A stretch of DNA of 64,000 bases, from the NCBI GenBank assembly GCA_000708835.1, contig DF237214.1:54629-118628 (forward strand), read 5' to 3'. This DNA is from Klebsormidium nitens (taxonomy: Eukaryota; Plantae; Klebsormidiophyceae). Positions 10,300 to 23,831 of the stretch are shown in pieces (position 1 is the stretch's first letter; each line of letters opens with the position of its first letter). The position numbers and the translations under genes are program-made. The notes under the pieces are model-generated. The model saw nothing but the letters and a program-made list of their open reading frames with translations, had not been told where the DNA came from and ran no database searches.

Positions 10300-13200
10300 T
10301 GCGTTCTGACGTTCAATCAGCAACCAGATCTAGGCACTTGCTTGACTGCGGGCAAATCACAATGTGAGATAGGTACCACTGCAGCACAAACGGCAAATCC
10401 TGGCGCTCTTCTCATTTATCCAGCATGTCGCTTCTGCATTTCAATTTTCAGCCTTGAGCAAGCTCCGAGTCTAGTAGGTACTGATCATCTGATGTGTATA
10501 TTCAAGAAACGTCTCGCCAGCCAGCCCAGGTCTCAAGTAGGTATGGGCAGTGGTGGGGCCAGGTGAACGTACCGGTCACCGTTAGGCTGTAGCTATTAGG
10601 GTGCTGGCATACCCGGTGGAGACCACCGGGGAACTTAGGCACACCCACCGGGCAGTGCTGGGTGATGCATTGGGGGATCCCCGCGGAGCTAGGTAATCAG
10701 GGGGCCCACTTGAACAAGAACGACGATTTGAAATTGCAGCGAGCACAGACGGAGATGAGTTTGCTCCACTGCGTGCGCCCAATCCAAAACTTGTAGGCGT
10801 CTTGTGGATGATTGTGACCTCATTTTGATGGACACTTCTCATATCAAGCCGTGAAAAGGCTCCTGATACGAGGCTCAAAATATTGACCCTAAATATTGTC
10901 CCAGCCACTTACCAAACTCAAAGGCCTGGTTTGCTTGGTTCAACTTCAAGTTTCGTGAGGAAAGCTGAGCTGGCGAAAGACTTTGGAGAGCATATCGGGG
11001 TTTGGAGGGGCAGGACTTGCTGGAATCGCCAACGGGCTCAAGACGTGGGGGACAAAGGCAGCCACCATAGCGCCTAAACTTTTACAAGACTCAGGCGGTG
11101 GCGCACCCTTCAGCGTTGTGTACAGCGAATGATTTTGATTGCGGAGAGGAGAAGTTAAGGAGCGTTCGGGACTATCTGCACAAATGTGGGAGTAGCAGTG
11201 TACTTGTGTCGAGACTCAAGACATGGCCATAGCGGAGTGCACAACGCTACATGTGCCGCGAGTACAAATTTGGAATGCTGGGCACTTAGATGCCTTGAAC
11301 GGGCACTTACTCCTATCGTTGATAGGACGGCCTATAACAGTTTGCAGCCTTCAAGCTTTGGAGTCGTGAAGGCCTAGGGAATCCGATCAGCTCCATCAAG
11401 TACTTAAGGGGAAGTTTCAATGACAAAAAAAACTGCAAGGCCCGTGGAGAAGTTCTGACGAAATTCGCTTGCACCTAGAGCATGCCAGGCATGTAAAAGT
11501 CGTTCTTATACTAAGTTGTGGCGGCAGAACTCGGGCGCCGAGTGAGCAGGAGTGTACGAGCAGTTGAGACGTTCGGTTTATGCGCACCTGCTGATCAATG
11601 GATGTATTTCGTGTGCATCGACAAGTAGGCAAATTTGTGCTTTAGGGCACTATCAACGGAGATCTATGATGCAGCCAAATTCTGCTTGGAAGTCGGCGCG
11701 CGAGCCCTGTTAGCTGCGTGATTGTCCCGGCCCTCTGCACGGGCCCGGGCGACTCTTATCAGCTTACGTTATATGGCCCGATAGCTGATGGCTATACGCT
11801 CTTCGTGAGAAGATCGAACTATAAGGAGTAAACTTCAGACAGCAGAGCCACCCCGGAGCAAAAGATCCGAGCAGCGAACGAGTTACATAGTAAGTAGAAA
11901 CGCTACATTACTGGGCTACTTCTTCCGAAAGCCTGACCGTTTCTTCTCCTCTATATTTTCAGAAAAGTATGCTGGAAGACGTTGGAAAGTAAAGAGCATG
12001 CACACAGCTGCGTTCTGAGAGCCAGAGGAACCAGTCACCCGGCACAGGGCGGAGGCCAGACTTTCTCCCAGTAGTGGACAATATAGCTAGGCTCGAGCAA
12101 TTCATCCCCGGATTCGTGTCCCGGTCAGCTTGTCGAGGCAGTCGGATTTGAGTAGCCCGACGAGTGGACCAGCTGGGAAGCAGACGAGAATACCCGGGAA
12201 CACGCAGTACCGGAGACATGTACCACGGGGACCGATGTCCACTTCCGTAATAAAGACCAAAAGACGCAACTCCTGAGACACCGTAACAGGAGAGAGCGTA
12301 GAGCCCAGGAGAACGTAGTCGGAAATGCTTTTGACCCCCTTACTGCAGCGCGCTGTAAATAATTATGCAGGCATGATGCAACCCGCGGAAACATCGAGGG
12401 CGTCAAACCAAAAAGCGGTCGATGGGAGGCAAAAAGGGGAGTTTGGTTGGAAGTTACAATATTCCTGAAATGTATTCAGTCCGAATCCTTCTACAGAGTA
12501 GCTGGTCGGAAGTTCGCAAATCCCCTGTTCCGATGGCTTCGCTAGGTTTCAAGTTGATCTCTATCGTTGCCCGTCCTGGAACCTAATAGCCCTTCTTTTC
12601 TCCCGCCTCTCCAAAGCAGGCACACCCAAGACCGGCTCAACGGTAAAGCTTAGTGACGTCCCGATGCCCCTCAGTCCCCGAGGTCTCTGTTGAGGAGTCT
12701 TCTGCTGTTGTGCGTGCGCATCCTTACGTCTAGATCTTGCAGATCCCGCTCTCGTGGTACTGCTGAGGAAGAGTCGAAGTCAGACCAAATCTCGAGTTGT
12801 TCTGGACGTCGCCATTTTTTCCGTTCTCGACCTCTTGCTCGGTTCTCGCCTTCCCGTTCTTTCCTCGAGCAGGCCCCATGTTTCCTGATGCTTGCCGCTT
12901 TCCGTGCTCATTTCACATTGCAGCTTTCATTCCCGTTTTCCCTCCACAAATTAAGGCGCGGTCCTGTTTCCCGGCTTCTTCTCAGGCTCCGCCCTGTTCA
13001 TTTTGCCCCTATAAGTCCCTCGACGCTGATGGATACCTCCGCGGCTCTAGACTTTTGGTGGTGTTGACGTTCTGACCATGCTCTTCGGACTTGCTGTCTG
13101 ACGTCATCGGAAGGTGTGCGTTCACACTAATCACTTCGGATCGCGTCAGGGTTCCGTTTGGGGGGCAATCGTCCGTCACTGGGCTTAGGCCGCTGGCCTG

Positions 13201-15280
13201 CTCTAATGACCAAGAAACGTGCACAAGCTTAGTTAAGACCAAGGATAAGACCCAAACTTGGGCTGCTTCGGATCCCCACCAACAACCACCGAGCTGACTT
13301 CTGTCGTGCTGCTTTCAATCGTCATGTATGTCGGGTCTAGCTGAGTGACTCAATCAACAGCAACATCTGACAGTTTGAACGTGCCTCGTATCGTGTGGCC
13401 AGCACGGCCGGTTCTGAACTGCACTTTGCCGTATGTATTATCCAACCTAAGTAAGCCTCCCCGCCTGCAAAGGAGGGCGCTGCCTGCCGCTAATTCCGGC
13501 GGTACAGATACACCGCCAGGCCAGGCGCGCGCGCGCCCTCCTTCATGCGGCTCGAGGCAAATGCTAGAGCTCGGCCTTCCCGTCGCGGTCACCAAAGTTT
13601 TGCCCCGCAGCTCGAGGATCCTTCCTGCAGCCCAATTTTCTGCATTCTAGCTTTCCACTTCAGCTTCTCAAAATCACCAATACGTGATACAGACGTAAAT
13701 TCGATCCGGGTCAGTTACACACACTTTTCGTCACTGAAAACGGACTTGCAGCCATTGCAGTGGTTGTTCAGATGCGTATAAGATGGTTTGGCTGCTGATA
13801 ATCAGGTGTTCTTCAAAGATACGAGCGCCTTAAAAGTTAACGTACCAAAAGCAACCATCATAGTACTCATATTTATTTTGAGTGGTCGGACCACATTAAT
13901 TTCCGCCCAAGTTCGGGCGTCATCGAAGCATACGTGCATGAGGCCGGGAGGTGACACAGTTGCCTGTATATGGCACGCGAATCACTTACTAAGAAACATA
14001 GTGAGCGCAACCCAAGAATGTAACGAGTCGTCTTTAGTGCGCGAATAACGGGATTCTCAGGTGTCGTCTTGAGTATCAATCAAATGGTAGGAGCCGGCCC
14101 GATCGACAATTGCAGACGGTTAAATCACAAGCGTGCCACCTGCTGAGCTTGTTTAGAAAATGTGACGGCGTTCGTCTGTTCAGCTTAAGCAGCTACTTAG
14201 CCGCGCTAAACAAAAAGAAAGTTCTAGGTCGGACTCAATGTGCTTCCTAACAACTAGTCCGCCTCGGGATTTGACTCCATTGGCTCGTGAATTGGAGACT
14301 GTTCTCGGCATTGACTACTCTGCAATCACTTACTGTCGTACTGACTGCCTTCCTAAACGTCCTATTTCAAAGTGCAACGGATGTTCCGTTGCGGCACGAC
14401 CCGGTGGTTGATCCTACTGCGCAGCGTTCCCTGGTTGATCTCTCGTTGCATCGGTTTACGTAGCGCGTTGTTCTACTTGGAAGCAACTGACTAACGTCAC
14501 CCCAATGTCTATCATGTACAGCTAATTTGTTAACGGCTTGGAGCCTGATGACCGTTCCCCGGCAATAAGTTGGAAGTCGAAGTTTGACTGCTACGAGACT
14601 TCTAAGGTGAGCCTGCTGATCACCTCATTCAAAGGCTCACTGAAGGCTTATATGTTGCTGAGTATTTAAGACAAGGTATCAGTCCACCTTTGCATAAATT
14701 TTCCTGGAGAGCCTTATTCAGATCAAACCGCCGCTTGAGGCTCACGGAGCTTTCTCTTGCCGCTCAAACACTCCTGCTTCGGCGCAAATTTGCGACCATC
14801 TTAGTCCGGGTGTCCGGCTTCATAGGTTGCACAGTCCAATAAGACAAAGAACCGGTCGGTGCAGCCACAAGCCACTCAGGGTATGTGCCGAGCGCTCCAC
14901 CCAGTACAGCAGATTCCTGAAAAAACGTGGCAAAAGGGGCGTCTTGTGGACCTTCTGTTACTTGGAATCCTCATCAGTTGGAATCCTCAAGGTTGTTCAT
15001 CGTGATGATTGTATAGCGTGTCTAAGATCTCAGACAGTCTACCGTACGCTCGCCTTTCCTTTGTCGGAGTCCTTGCGGCCTGAGCTCCCTCATAATCGAC
15101 ACGTGGGCGGTTCATCGTTTGCAGCGCATGCGCTCCAATCATCAGGTTAAAATTCGACGCAACGGTTTCCGATGATGCAAGCAGCGAAGGCACTTTCTCA
15201 ACGCAGTCTGCCGTAAGCCCAGATGCATGCAAGTATGCAAAGATGCATTTATCTTCGTTGAAGCTGCCTTATTTTTGCAG

Positions 15281-15543
15281 ATCCTACCTGCAACGGCGCA
15301 AGCGGGACCATGCCGTGTGACGTCAGCAAGCCGCCCAAGCCGTCTCCCGCGGGCGGCCTCCAGCCGGTCTCGGAGGAGGCGAAGTGGGCGCTGGTCCAGG
15401 GGGCCAGTCCACCCGGTGATTCAGCCCCCCTCTGCGGTTGCGGCCCGACCAGGACATTTGGCGGACGGAATCCGTCCACGGAATGCGGCGGGGACGGGAC
15501 AACGGGGGATAGTGCCGGTAAGGCGCCGATTGGGCTCAGATAA
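15281..15543 (+). CDS. Probable terminal exon of an unresolved plus-strand gene (DPTCNGASGTMPCDVSKPPKP...GLR*)
   Basis: Strong acceptor TTATTTTTGCAG at 15269-15280, GC-rich open frame to TAA at 15541. Upstream exons could not be joined and no family was recognised. Confidence 0.35.
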
Positions 15544-15589
15544 ATGCTGTCCGGCCAACTCGCGTCATGTTGGTCGAGTTCTGGAATGA

Positions 15590-16230
15590 CAAGGCGGGGC
15601 GGCGCAAGCGCGCAGGGCTTGGGGACCGGCGAAGACGCGCCGGGCGCCGGCTCTGAATCGAGAAAGGAGAGACATGGTGGGCGGCGATTGAGACCGGGCG
15701 GTCGTATTTACGCTTTTAGTAGTGCGTGGAAAAACTGTAAATATATCGATTGATATTGTGCCCATTCTAGCTGCGAAGAAGCAGATGTCAAAAAGCACTA
15801 GGCTTTGTGCCCGGTGAAGACGCGCCGGGCGCCGGCTCTGCGTTGAGAAGGAGAGAATCGTGGGCGAAGATTGAGAACGGGTGGTCTCTTTGAGGTTTTG
15901 GTGAATGGGGTATAAAATAACCGCAGATAACTTTTGCAATTTAGTCGCAGAATTCGTAGAGCACCATGCAGGTTTTGTGACTGGTGAAGAATCACCGTGC
16001 GCAGGCTTTGCGTCGGCAAAGGAGAGGAATCGTGAGCGGAGAGTGAGACCAGGCGGTCTGCTTTACGCTTTTGGTGCGTGGAAAAACATGAATGCAGACG
16101 AGTTATTGCTTTCCTCTGCAAGTTTGTTGCGAAAAAGCAGACTTTGAAGCGGAAAGTTTTTTGCCCGGTGAAGAAGCGCCGGATGAGAGACATGATTGGC
16201 AAGAATTTAGACGGGGTGGTGATCATATCG
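15590..16230. repeat. Degenerate tandem repeat, about 4 units of 170-185 bp
   Basis: GG(T/C)GAAGA anchor at 15628, 15813, 15983 and 16167, followed by related gcgccgg..gagag..gagaccgggcggtc..tttacgcttt..gtgcgtggaaaaac sequence. Confidence 0.85.
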
Positions 16231-16732
16231 TGGGCAAAGGATTGCACTTGGCGGATGCAAGAAGAGCACAGACAGTGTTTAATTGCATTAGGGGAAAACG
16301 GAAAATGTAGTCGCAATGACGCAGATGATCAACAAAGTCGTTTCCCAAAACGAGCATGTGGGCGTTTGGCTCTCCTGCTCGTCCGTTGGCTGAATGAGTC
16401 ACCAGTCGGCGTGACGCGTAGTACGTAGATTGGTTAGACTGGGACTATGCCTCCAAACATTCAGAGACTTAGCTCGGAAAGCTTCCTTGCAAGCACTAAG
16501 TTCTTTGTTTTCCTTTGGACAGTCGATTGACGTACATTGGAAATAGGAACTGCCGAGGGTTTTCGATTTAGGCTCGTGTATCGATATCTTTGAAGCGCCA
16601 AAGTCAGTTTGAAAGCGGATGGCTGCCAACTCACAAAGGTTGAATGATCCTTCTTGCCAGCGAGGCCCCGCCAAACGTTTCGGAACGCAGGCATACTAAA
16701 GGCACTTTCGCAACCTGTTCTATCGAAGTTTT

Positions 16733-19700
16733 TCACCGACGGCTCCTACACTTCGACAGAGTACCAAACGAAGTCGACGAACCTGATTGGGTCGTTCTCT
16801 TGTTCTCGAGCCTTCCACCTCCGGGCGGCCACGTCTTCTCTTCCGCGGCCGCCGAGCAGGCGCTCTCTGCGCGCCAGGCCCCGTTCGCGGCGGGGTCACC
16901 CGCGAAGCTACGCGCCGCCCAGCTTGACACAGTCGGTCCATCAATCACGAGGCCTCCAGACGCCTCGGTCCCGGTGCTCGCGGCCCTCTCGAGCGTCGCC
17001 ACGTGGCAGTAGTACGGGACCGGCGTGCACAGATGGACGATTGGGAGGCTGCTGCTGCTCTGCGTTTTGGGAACCGATGGCAGGTGGAGGAGATTCGCGG
17101 GAAGGTGAGGTGAGCACGAGTCGCTGGCGGGGTAGTCGGGCCACTGAGAAAACGGCGGGTTTCTGCGATAAGAAAGATGAGGCGTGAGTGGATCCGGACA
17201 GACACTTGTCACACTGTGCGTGTCAAGATTGTTTACTAACCTTTAGGATGTTTTGGATGAGCCAGAAGTATCATCTGCGCTTGCTGCTGGGTCTGATTCC
17301 TGGTGATTGTCTCGCTGCTGATTTGATTTGCTTTTATAAGATTTGCGAGGCGTCTTAGGTACTCGATCACGATTTTTACACGTTTTCCACTGATAAAGAC
17401 CCAGCATCCTTCCGAAGTAAAGGCTAGCGAGGCGATGCTAACTGGCAGAAAAAACTTCGTTCATTGTGGTACCGCAGAAGACTCTAATTCTGATCCAGAA
17501 CAGCGCCCACAAAAGCCGGCGAAAACGTGTCCAAGCAAAGCCTCTCGCAGTATTGGATGACACCGCGCCATTGTCTGAAATTGATCAGGTCAAGGTCTGA
17601 CGTGGATGCTCAAGAAATTAACACCCGGGAACGCCACGAGAGCGTCGTTTGTTGTTAAGTACTGAACTGCGAAGTCTATATTATGCTGAAATCCCAAAAT
17701 GCGGCCGTCTATTTAGGACCGCTTACCCCGGACCCACGTAGCTTTCATCTGGCAGCACAGGACCGGTGCAAGTCACCGGGACGTCCATCGCCCCTCGTGC
17801 CCGGTAATCCGCAGCCGGTACGTCGATTGGAGCCCCGGGAAGGTGCTCGGCACAGAAAACCTCCTGTAAAGATCTCCAGTTTACTCGATGCGAGTACGAA
17901 AAGGAATGAGAAATCCTTTGCGTTCGTTTGATTTCTCCGACCAGGTTGCAACTCAGAACGTTTGTGTCGTAGTCTGATCTTCTCTCTTCTGAGAAGACTC
18001 ACGAAGGGCCATGGGGATAGATTGGTCGCTTGACGCCTACTGAAGATGGCCATACCTGTTGTGTCCGGGCAGTCATAAACGCTCCGGCTCTGGTTGAAAG
18101 ACTAGGAGACATCTGGGACGTTCTCAAAAGGTTTCGTGGTGTTTCCTCAATGGAAAAGTCGGTAGTTCTTACGACAAGGTTGGGCGTTTGGACGATGTGA
18201 AGTACGAGTCAAAGTCCAATTTAGAATGCCTTTACTTGCTATTTAACACCTTGGAGAGTTGCTTCCTGCAACTCAACGAAGCAAACAAGACTTGCGAACA
18301 AAGGGGGAGAGGCAATCACACTAAAGCACAAGAAGCGGTACACTGAGACTGCATCCGTTACAGAGGGAAAGCAAAGAGTTGCAAGTCGCATTATCCGCAA
18401 CCTTTGAAACAAGGATCGGCCTGTACTCCCTGACTGTCTGACATATCTCGACACGTGTCTCCTTCGCTTTTCATCATGCCGCCTTGGTGAGTACCTGCGA
18501 CCCGTGGGAGTGGACGGCTCTCATCGCACACAAGGATGACGTGGCACACGCAGGGCCGTCGACGATGTCGGACCCGCAGCTGGCCGTGCCCGCGCCGCTC
18601 TGCTCTGCCGCCTCCCATTCGAGCGCCTTCCTCCGCTGGCGCTCCATCTGACGGCGCCGAGTATGCCACGCGTTCTTGACCTCGTTGTCCGTTCTGCGGT
18701 TGGGATTGACGGATTGACGAAAGGTATGAAGAGTCTCGAAGTCATTTATGAATAAGGGCCATGTGTTATAAGGTCACTGTCTTGGACGAGTGGGCTTTGG
18801 GGTGAAACGGGTACGGCGCGTATTAAGACTTGGCGGCCAGGGTTCTTACTGCTGATCACCTCCTTATTTCACATGGCCTTGATGCAGTGCGATATGGAAT
18901 CATAGAAGCTTGAAAGAGTTTGGAACCTGGTGTCGAACTTGGTTTGCGGTCTTGGCTGGGCAAATGAGGGGCTTGCTAAGGGCCGTTGACCTCTTCAAAA
19001 GGTGGGCTGAGCTTTGAGCCCCTGGCGGGCTAGGATTTTGGTGACATTGGGCAATTATATGCGAAGGTTTGGATCATTGGATCAGGAAGTTGGAAGGCGA
19101 TCTGGTCAAGGCGCTTGACAGAAGACCAATGAAGAGAAGTTGAAGGTTGGAAAAGAGCGTCTGCGAAATGGTTCCCGTGACCAAATCATCTAGAAGCTTT
19201 TATCTCTCACATTTGTGCAGATGTTCTGAGAAAAGCATTCTTGCTCCAGCTCACAAGTCAAGGAGCAAAGAGCAAACGACGAGTTCGATAATGCGGAAGT
19301 TAGAAGCCTTTGAAGGAAGCTGCAATCACAAGAAACTGGTTTCAAGCATGCAAGGCCTACAGCCACATGAAACCACTATTTGACAGCAAAAATAGGTCCG
19401 TTCATTGCCTGCTTTGAAGGTAGTTGAATACTGAATATCAGGCCGCAGTCTGAGCATCTCATAGATCAGGCTTGCTTCCCAACTTGTGCAGTGATGTATA
19501 GCATTGCAAATCGAAGACCAATAAACCAATGTAACATCTTAAAACACCTATGGTGAAGTGACAACCCCTTTAAGGATAGGTGCATGCATCGTCACTTCCA
19601 GCCTCTAGGAGGCCGGAGCGATCTGTGTGTCCAGAAGAGATGCCAGACAAGGGGAATTGCAGGGGTAATAAGGTCAGCTGGAGGGCTCTTCCCAATGAAA

Positions 19701-21241
19701 CAGTGCAAACGCCAAGAAGAAATGGATCTGTGGTCAACCAGACGAGGTTAAAAGGTTCATTTGAAGTCTTAAGCTGAAAAGGCCTCTCTCAGCCTTGTGT
19801 AGTTTAGATAATGTGCTCCACTCAGGTCCTGAGCTCTGGAGCAAGCATTTCAGAACCCGATCTACAAATGGTGAACACCCTTAATCAACTTGAGGCCTCT
19901 TCCTGGTCAGTCTCGAGTTAGTGTCTGGTTTGCCCCTGCTTCGCTCACCTCCCCTTGAAGTGGTTGGCAATGAGCGCCCACTTATTCCCATAAAAGCTCT
20001 GGGGCTGCATCACAAGGTGCAGTTCTGCGGTGGTGAAACGCTGCCTCTTCAGGTTGGGGCGGAGGTGGTTCATGTATCGTAGCCGGCAGCTCTTTCCCTG
20101 AGCGTTGAAGCCCGTAAACAATCTAAAAGAGGAGAAGGGAATATGTCAAGTTTTGATTCCTTCCATAATGTTCTGTTTCAGAAGCTGCGGTTTGGATGGA
20201 TTGGCACCGGTTTGAATAGGCGGAAGGGGGTGGTCAAGTTTCACTTTGCATTTTGAGGATCTGTGCAGGGGCTTCCATTTGACTGGTCTAGCATCTTGTA
20301 ATGAATCAAGATGGTACCTGTTCCATTCAAGAACTTATACGACAGGTCACAAGGCAATAGTTTGTGATCTATTCTGCAAACCAGGCAGCTCTGTCAAATG
20401 ACTGAGCTTATTGGCACCTTCTCATCAAGGACCACAAGGCTTAGCAATCTGCCTAGCTCAATAATGTGTAGCCTTCATAATTAACCTGCAGCGTCGCTCC
20501 AAGCATTTCTACTGAGCTGGAATAAGAGGCAAAGTCAGCCTGACCCTGTGATCCTGTCCTTAGCCCCTATCGGAGATAAACTGACCAAGTTTTCCCAAAG
20601 GTATTTCTCTTGCGCAACCAATACTGAAGAGGCTGCCAGTTGGTATCCTGCATAGACTTTCATAATAAGGACATACCTAACTCATAATGCATCTGGGCAA
20701 CGAACTGTATTACTGTTCCAACTGGAAGGACGCTGCCTGACACGCAATGCACCTCTCTCCAAAGCCACAGTCTTTGGCACCTTATAGAACTGCCTCTATA
20801 CACTGCACATTTGTGAACATCCGCATCTGGCTCCCAGCGGCCTTCAGGAAAGCAAAACTACACTTAACAAGGCACGTAGTTGCAGGGAGCAGGATGAGTA
20901 CATTACAGCAGCAAAGGCAGAGCTAGCACTTATCGCCCCACCTTAACGCTCTTCCAGTCCTTCTCTCCATTCGTCGCTACATGTTTGCGCAAAACTTGAT
21001 CCTCAACGTCCGTCCAGGCCCCCTTCCACATCGGTTCTGGCGCCCCTTCCTCCAGGGGGGGTGGATTTGCCTCTTTCATCTCCCCTACCAAGTCGTTGGT
21101 CCGGCCAGAAAGACCTGACTCCAAATATTCGTTGTCAGAATACTCCCCGACACTTGCCGCCCTTTGCCAGGTCAGCCCCATGCTGTTGGCTGTCCAATGG
21201 CCGGCAGACAGCCTATGGCCCGCTTTGTACACGCTCGTCAT
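16733..21241 (-). pseudogene. R2R3-MYB transcription factor gene with a +1 frameshift in R2 (pseudogene or assembly error). Exons (-): ~21241-20942, 20122-19949, 18693-18495, 17863-17727, 17162-16733
   Basis: KGAWTDVEDQVLRKHVATNGEKDWKSVK | IVYGLQRSGK[+A]SCRLRYMNHLRPNLKRQRFTTAE..YGNKWALIANHFKGR | TDNEVKNAWHT is a canonical R2R3. The extra A lies at 20093-20095. The 5' end is uncertain and adjoins the gap. Confidence 0.8.
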
Positions 21242-21561
21242 GCTCAAACCAGAGCGATCATTTGCTGGCCAACTGCACCAGGCGTGCGTCGGCGCCCCAG
21301 GCTTTGTCACAGGCGTCCCCCATCGTTGACACCTACTGTTGCAACCGCGTCCTTGTGACAGTATGCTTGAGCTTGACTTACAATCAAAGTTGGCCTTGTC
21401 ATGTGCACACAGACTGAAGCATGAAGTACTATTGCGCTCACGAGTCTCTACAAGGGCCTGATCCCCAGTCAAGGCACGTCCTGGCTTCAAATGTGCTGAG
21501 TTGAGCTTGCATTGGGCCTTGATGGCCTGCTCCGATTGGCTCAGCCGGCAGCTTATGGATT

Positions 21562-22170
21562 NNNNNNNNNNNNNNNNNNNNNNNNNNNNNNNNNNNNNNN
21601 NNNNNNNNNNNNNNNNNNNNNNNNNNNNNNNNNNNNNNNNNNNNNNNNNNNNNNNNNNNNNNNNNNNNNNNNNNNNNNNNNNNNNNNNNNNNNNNNNNNN
21701 NNNNNNNNNNNNNNNNNNNNNNNNNNNNNNNNNNNNNNNNNNNNNNNNNNNNNNNNNNNNNNNNNNNNNNNNNNNNNNNNNNNNNNNNNNNNNNNNNNNN
21801 NNNNNNNNNNNNNNNNNNNNNNNNNNNNNNNNNNNNNNNNNNNNNNNNNNNNNNNNNNNNNNNNNNNNNNNNNNNNNNNNNNNNNNNNNNNNNNNNNNNN
21901 NNNNNNNNNNNNNNNNNNNNNNNNNNNNNNNNNNNNNNNNNNNNNNNNNNNNNNNNNNNNNNNNNNNNNNNNNNNNNNNNNNNNNNNNNNNNNNNNNNNN
22001 NNNNNNNNNNNNNNNNNNNNNNNNNNNNNNNNNNNNNNNNNNNNNNNNNNNNNNNNNNNNNNNNNNNNNNNNNNNNNNNNNNNNNNNNNNNNNNNNNNNN
22101 NNNNNNNNNNNNNNNNNNNNNNNNNNNNNNNNNNNNNNNNNNNNNNNNNNNNNNNNNNNNNNNNNNNNNN
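21562..22170. other. Assembly gap (N run) flanked by a duplicated ~70-bp sequence
   Basis: 21491-21561 is near-identical to 22171-22240. Confidence 0.95.
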
Positions 22171-23831
22171 ATGTGCTGAGTTGAGCTTGCATTGGGCCTT
22201 GATGGCCTGCTCCGATTGGCTCAGCCGGCAGCTTATGATTGATCGACAGACCAAGCTGCCACTAGCTCTGGGCGGGCCGAGAGTCTGACTCGATGCGCAT
22301 GCACGACAAATCAAGAGGAAGGAGAATGACAAGCTATGACCCCTGGACCATCGCGGTGATCTTCTCTCGTTTGAAGCCCAATGACCCCTTCCTTTGCTTT
22401 TGCAGAGTGACTCGCTAGCTGTCGACATTCGTAAATGAGCGAATGAGCTGCCCGTCCTGGTTTAACATGACTGGTGCAATGTTAAACCAGTCACCGCAGC
22501 ATGGATCAAAGCTTCCAAGTTCCACTTCTCTCGTGTGAGCATTGATACCTGGAAACTTGTAGCAGCACCTCTGCAAAAGCTACGGCGTACAGGGGATCCC
22601 GGAGGTCAGACAAAATCACACAATTATACGGTAGAAGTTGACTTTTGCATGATCTCACCTTCAACTGTCCTGCATCCGCGGCTTCCGAACACTCCTCCCA
22701 GTTTGATGCCGCATTTTTCGCGCTAGGGGACGTCACGCCGCACGCGTACGTATCCCGGGCCGGTGACGGTGTTTCGATCTCGTCGGCCCCCGGCCCGGCC
22801 ATGCAGGCATACTTAAGGCCGACTATTCCGGTGACCGGTCGTTCGGCTGGACTGTGGGACCGGTCGGCTTGTGTCACCCGGTTTCAAACGCCTTGAGAAC
22901 ACCACTGGCTTTTTGGCCGGATCGGACGCCGGCCCCTCAGTTGAGTCGGCCGGGTTCGATTTGCCTGGGATGATGGCCGGTTCGTCAAACGGACGCTGCT
23001 CCGGGCAATGTTTATGAACGGTGCACATGCAATTGCGCAACCTGGGGCCTCAGCCGCCACAGTGCTCACGGTACAGGTCTGATGTCAACAGCCTGACATC
23101 CGTACAAACATCCTGCATGCTCATATGCACATTGCAGCCCGGCAAAATATTACAACCGGACTCCGGACTCCGGAGTATCCGAGTCCGTCGCAAAAGCAGT
23201 ATAAACTGACAAAGTCGGGGGATCAGCAAATGAGCAGGCGGAAAGTGACCGGTAGAAACTGGGCAGAAACCATGCAGGCAATTAGAATTTAGGGAACGGA
23301 ACAACGGAACCCGGGACAGCTCAAGGGAAGCGCTTAGCGCACCACACGATTAATCGATTCAAACAAAATAGAGTTGATGTGCCGCCGGCCCTCGCTTTAG
23401 CCGGCAATGAGTTCAAACTAGCTAGACCGCCCGAAACCACTGGAGTCCTTGAAGCGTTTGGCCGGCATTGACAGTCCTTTTGTGGTTTCAAGGTTCTGGA
23501 TAGTGGCCCAGCCGGGATCTCAAGCGAGGTATCTTGATGAAAACCGGTCAACTCGAGAATATTAGCAAGCACGAAAATGCCATCATGATCAGCATATGGA
23601 CCGTTTGAGCGAGCGGGACTTCAGCCAAGCCTTTGTTTATAGTCCTTGATGTGGACAATTGCAGTATAACTAGTAATATAGCATATTGCCAAGTTCAATG
23701 ACTGAATGGGTCACTTCAACACACGCATGCAACTTAACATAGGATAGTCTAGAATTGTCTCTAGGGGTCTTTGTTCCATGATCGGATTGGTCAACCTGCG
23801 ACTGATTACGATGCCCGGAAGTACGGTATCT

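Noticed and set aside
10600-10720. GC-rich stem-loops with faint resemblance to U1 snRNA on the minus strand
   Set aside because: No ATACTTACCTG 5' end and no Sm site; the similarity is too weak.
11770-11825. GGCCCGATAGCT.. resembling a tRNA 5' end
   Set aside because: No cloverleaf, no GTTCRA T-loop, no matching acceptor stem.
18700-19940. Long MYB intron checked for retroelement remnants
   Set aside because: No RT/integrase motifs, LTRs or poly(A) tail were recognisable.
20930-22428. Long ORFs in the supplied track spanning the N run
   Set aside because: Artefacts of translating Ns.
22506-23040. Overlapping minus-strand ORFs with a GTGAGA donor near 22660
   Set aside because: No domain, two frames compete, and it cannot be joined to neighbours.
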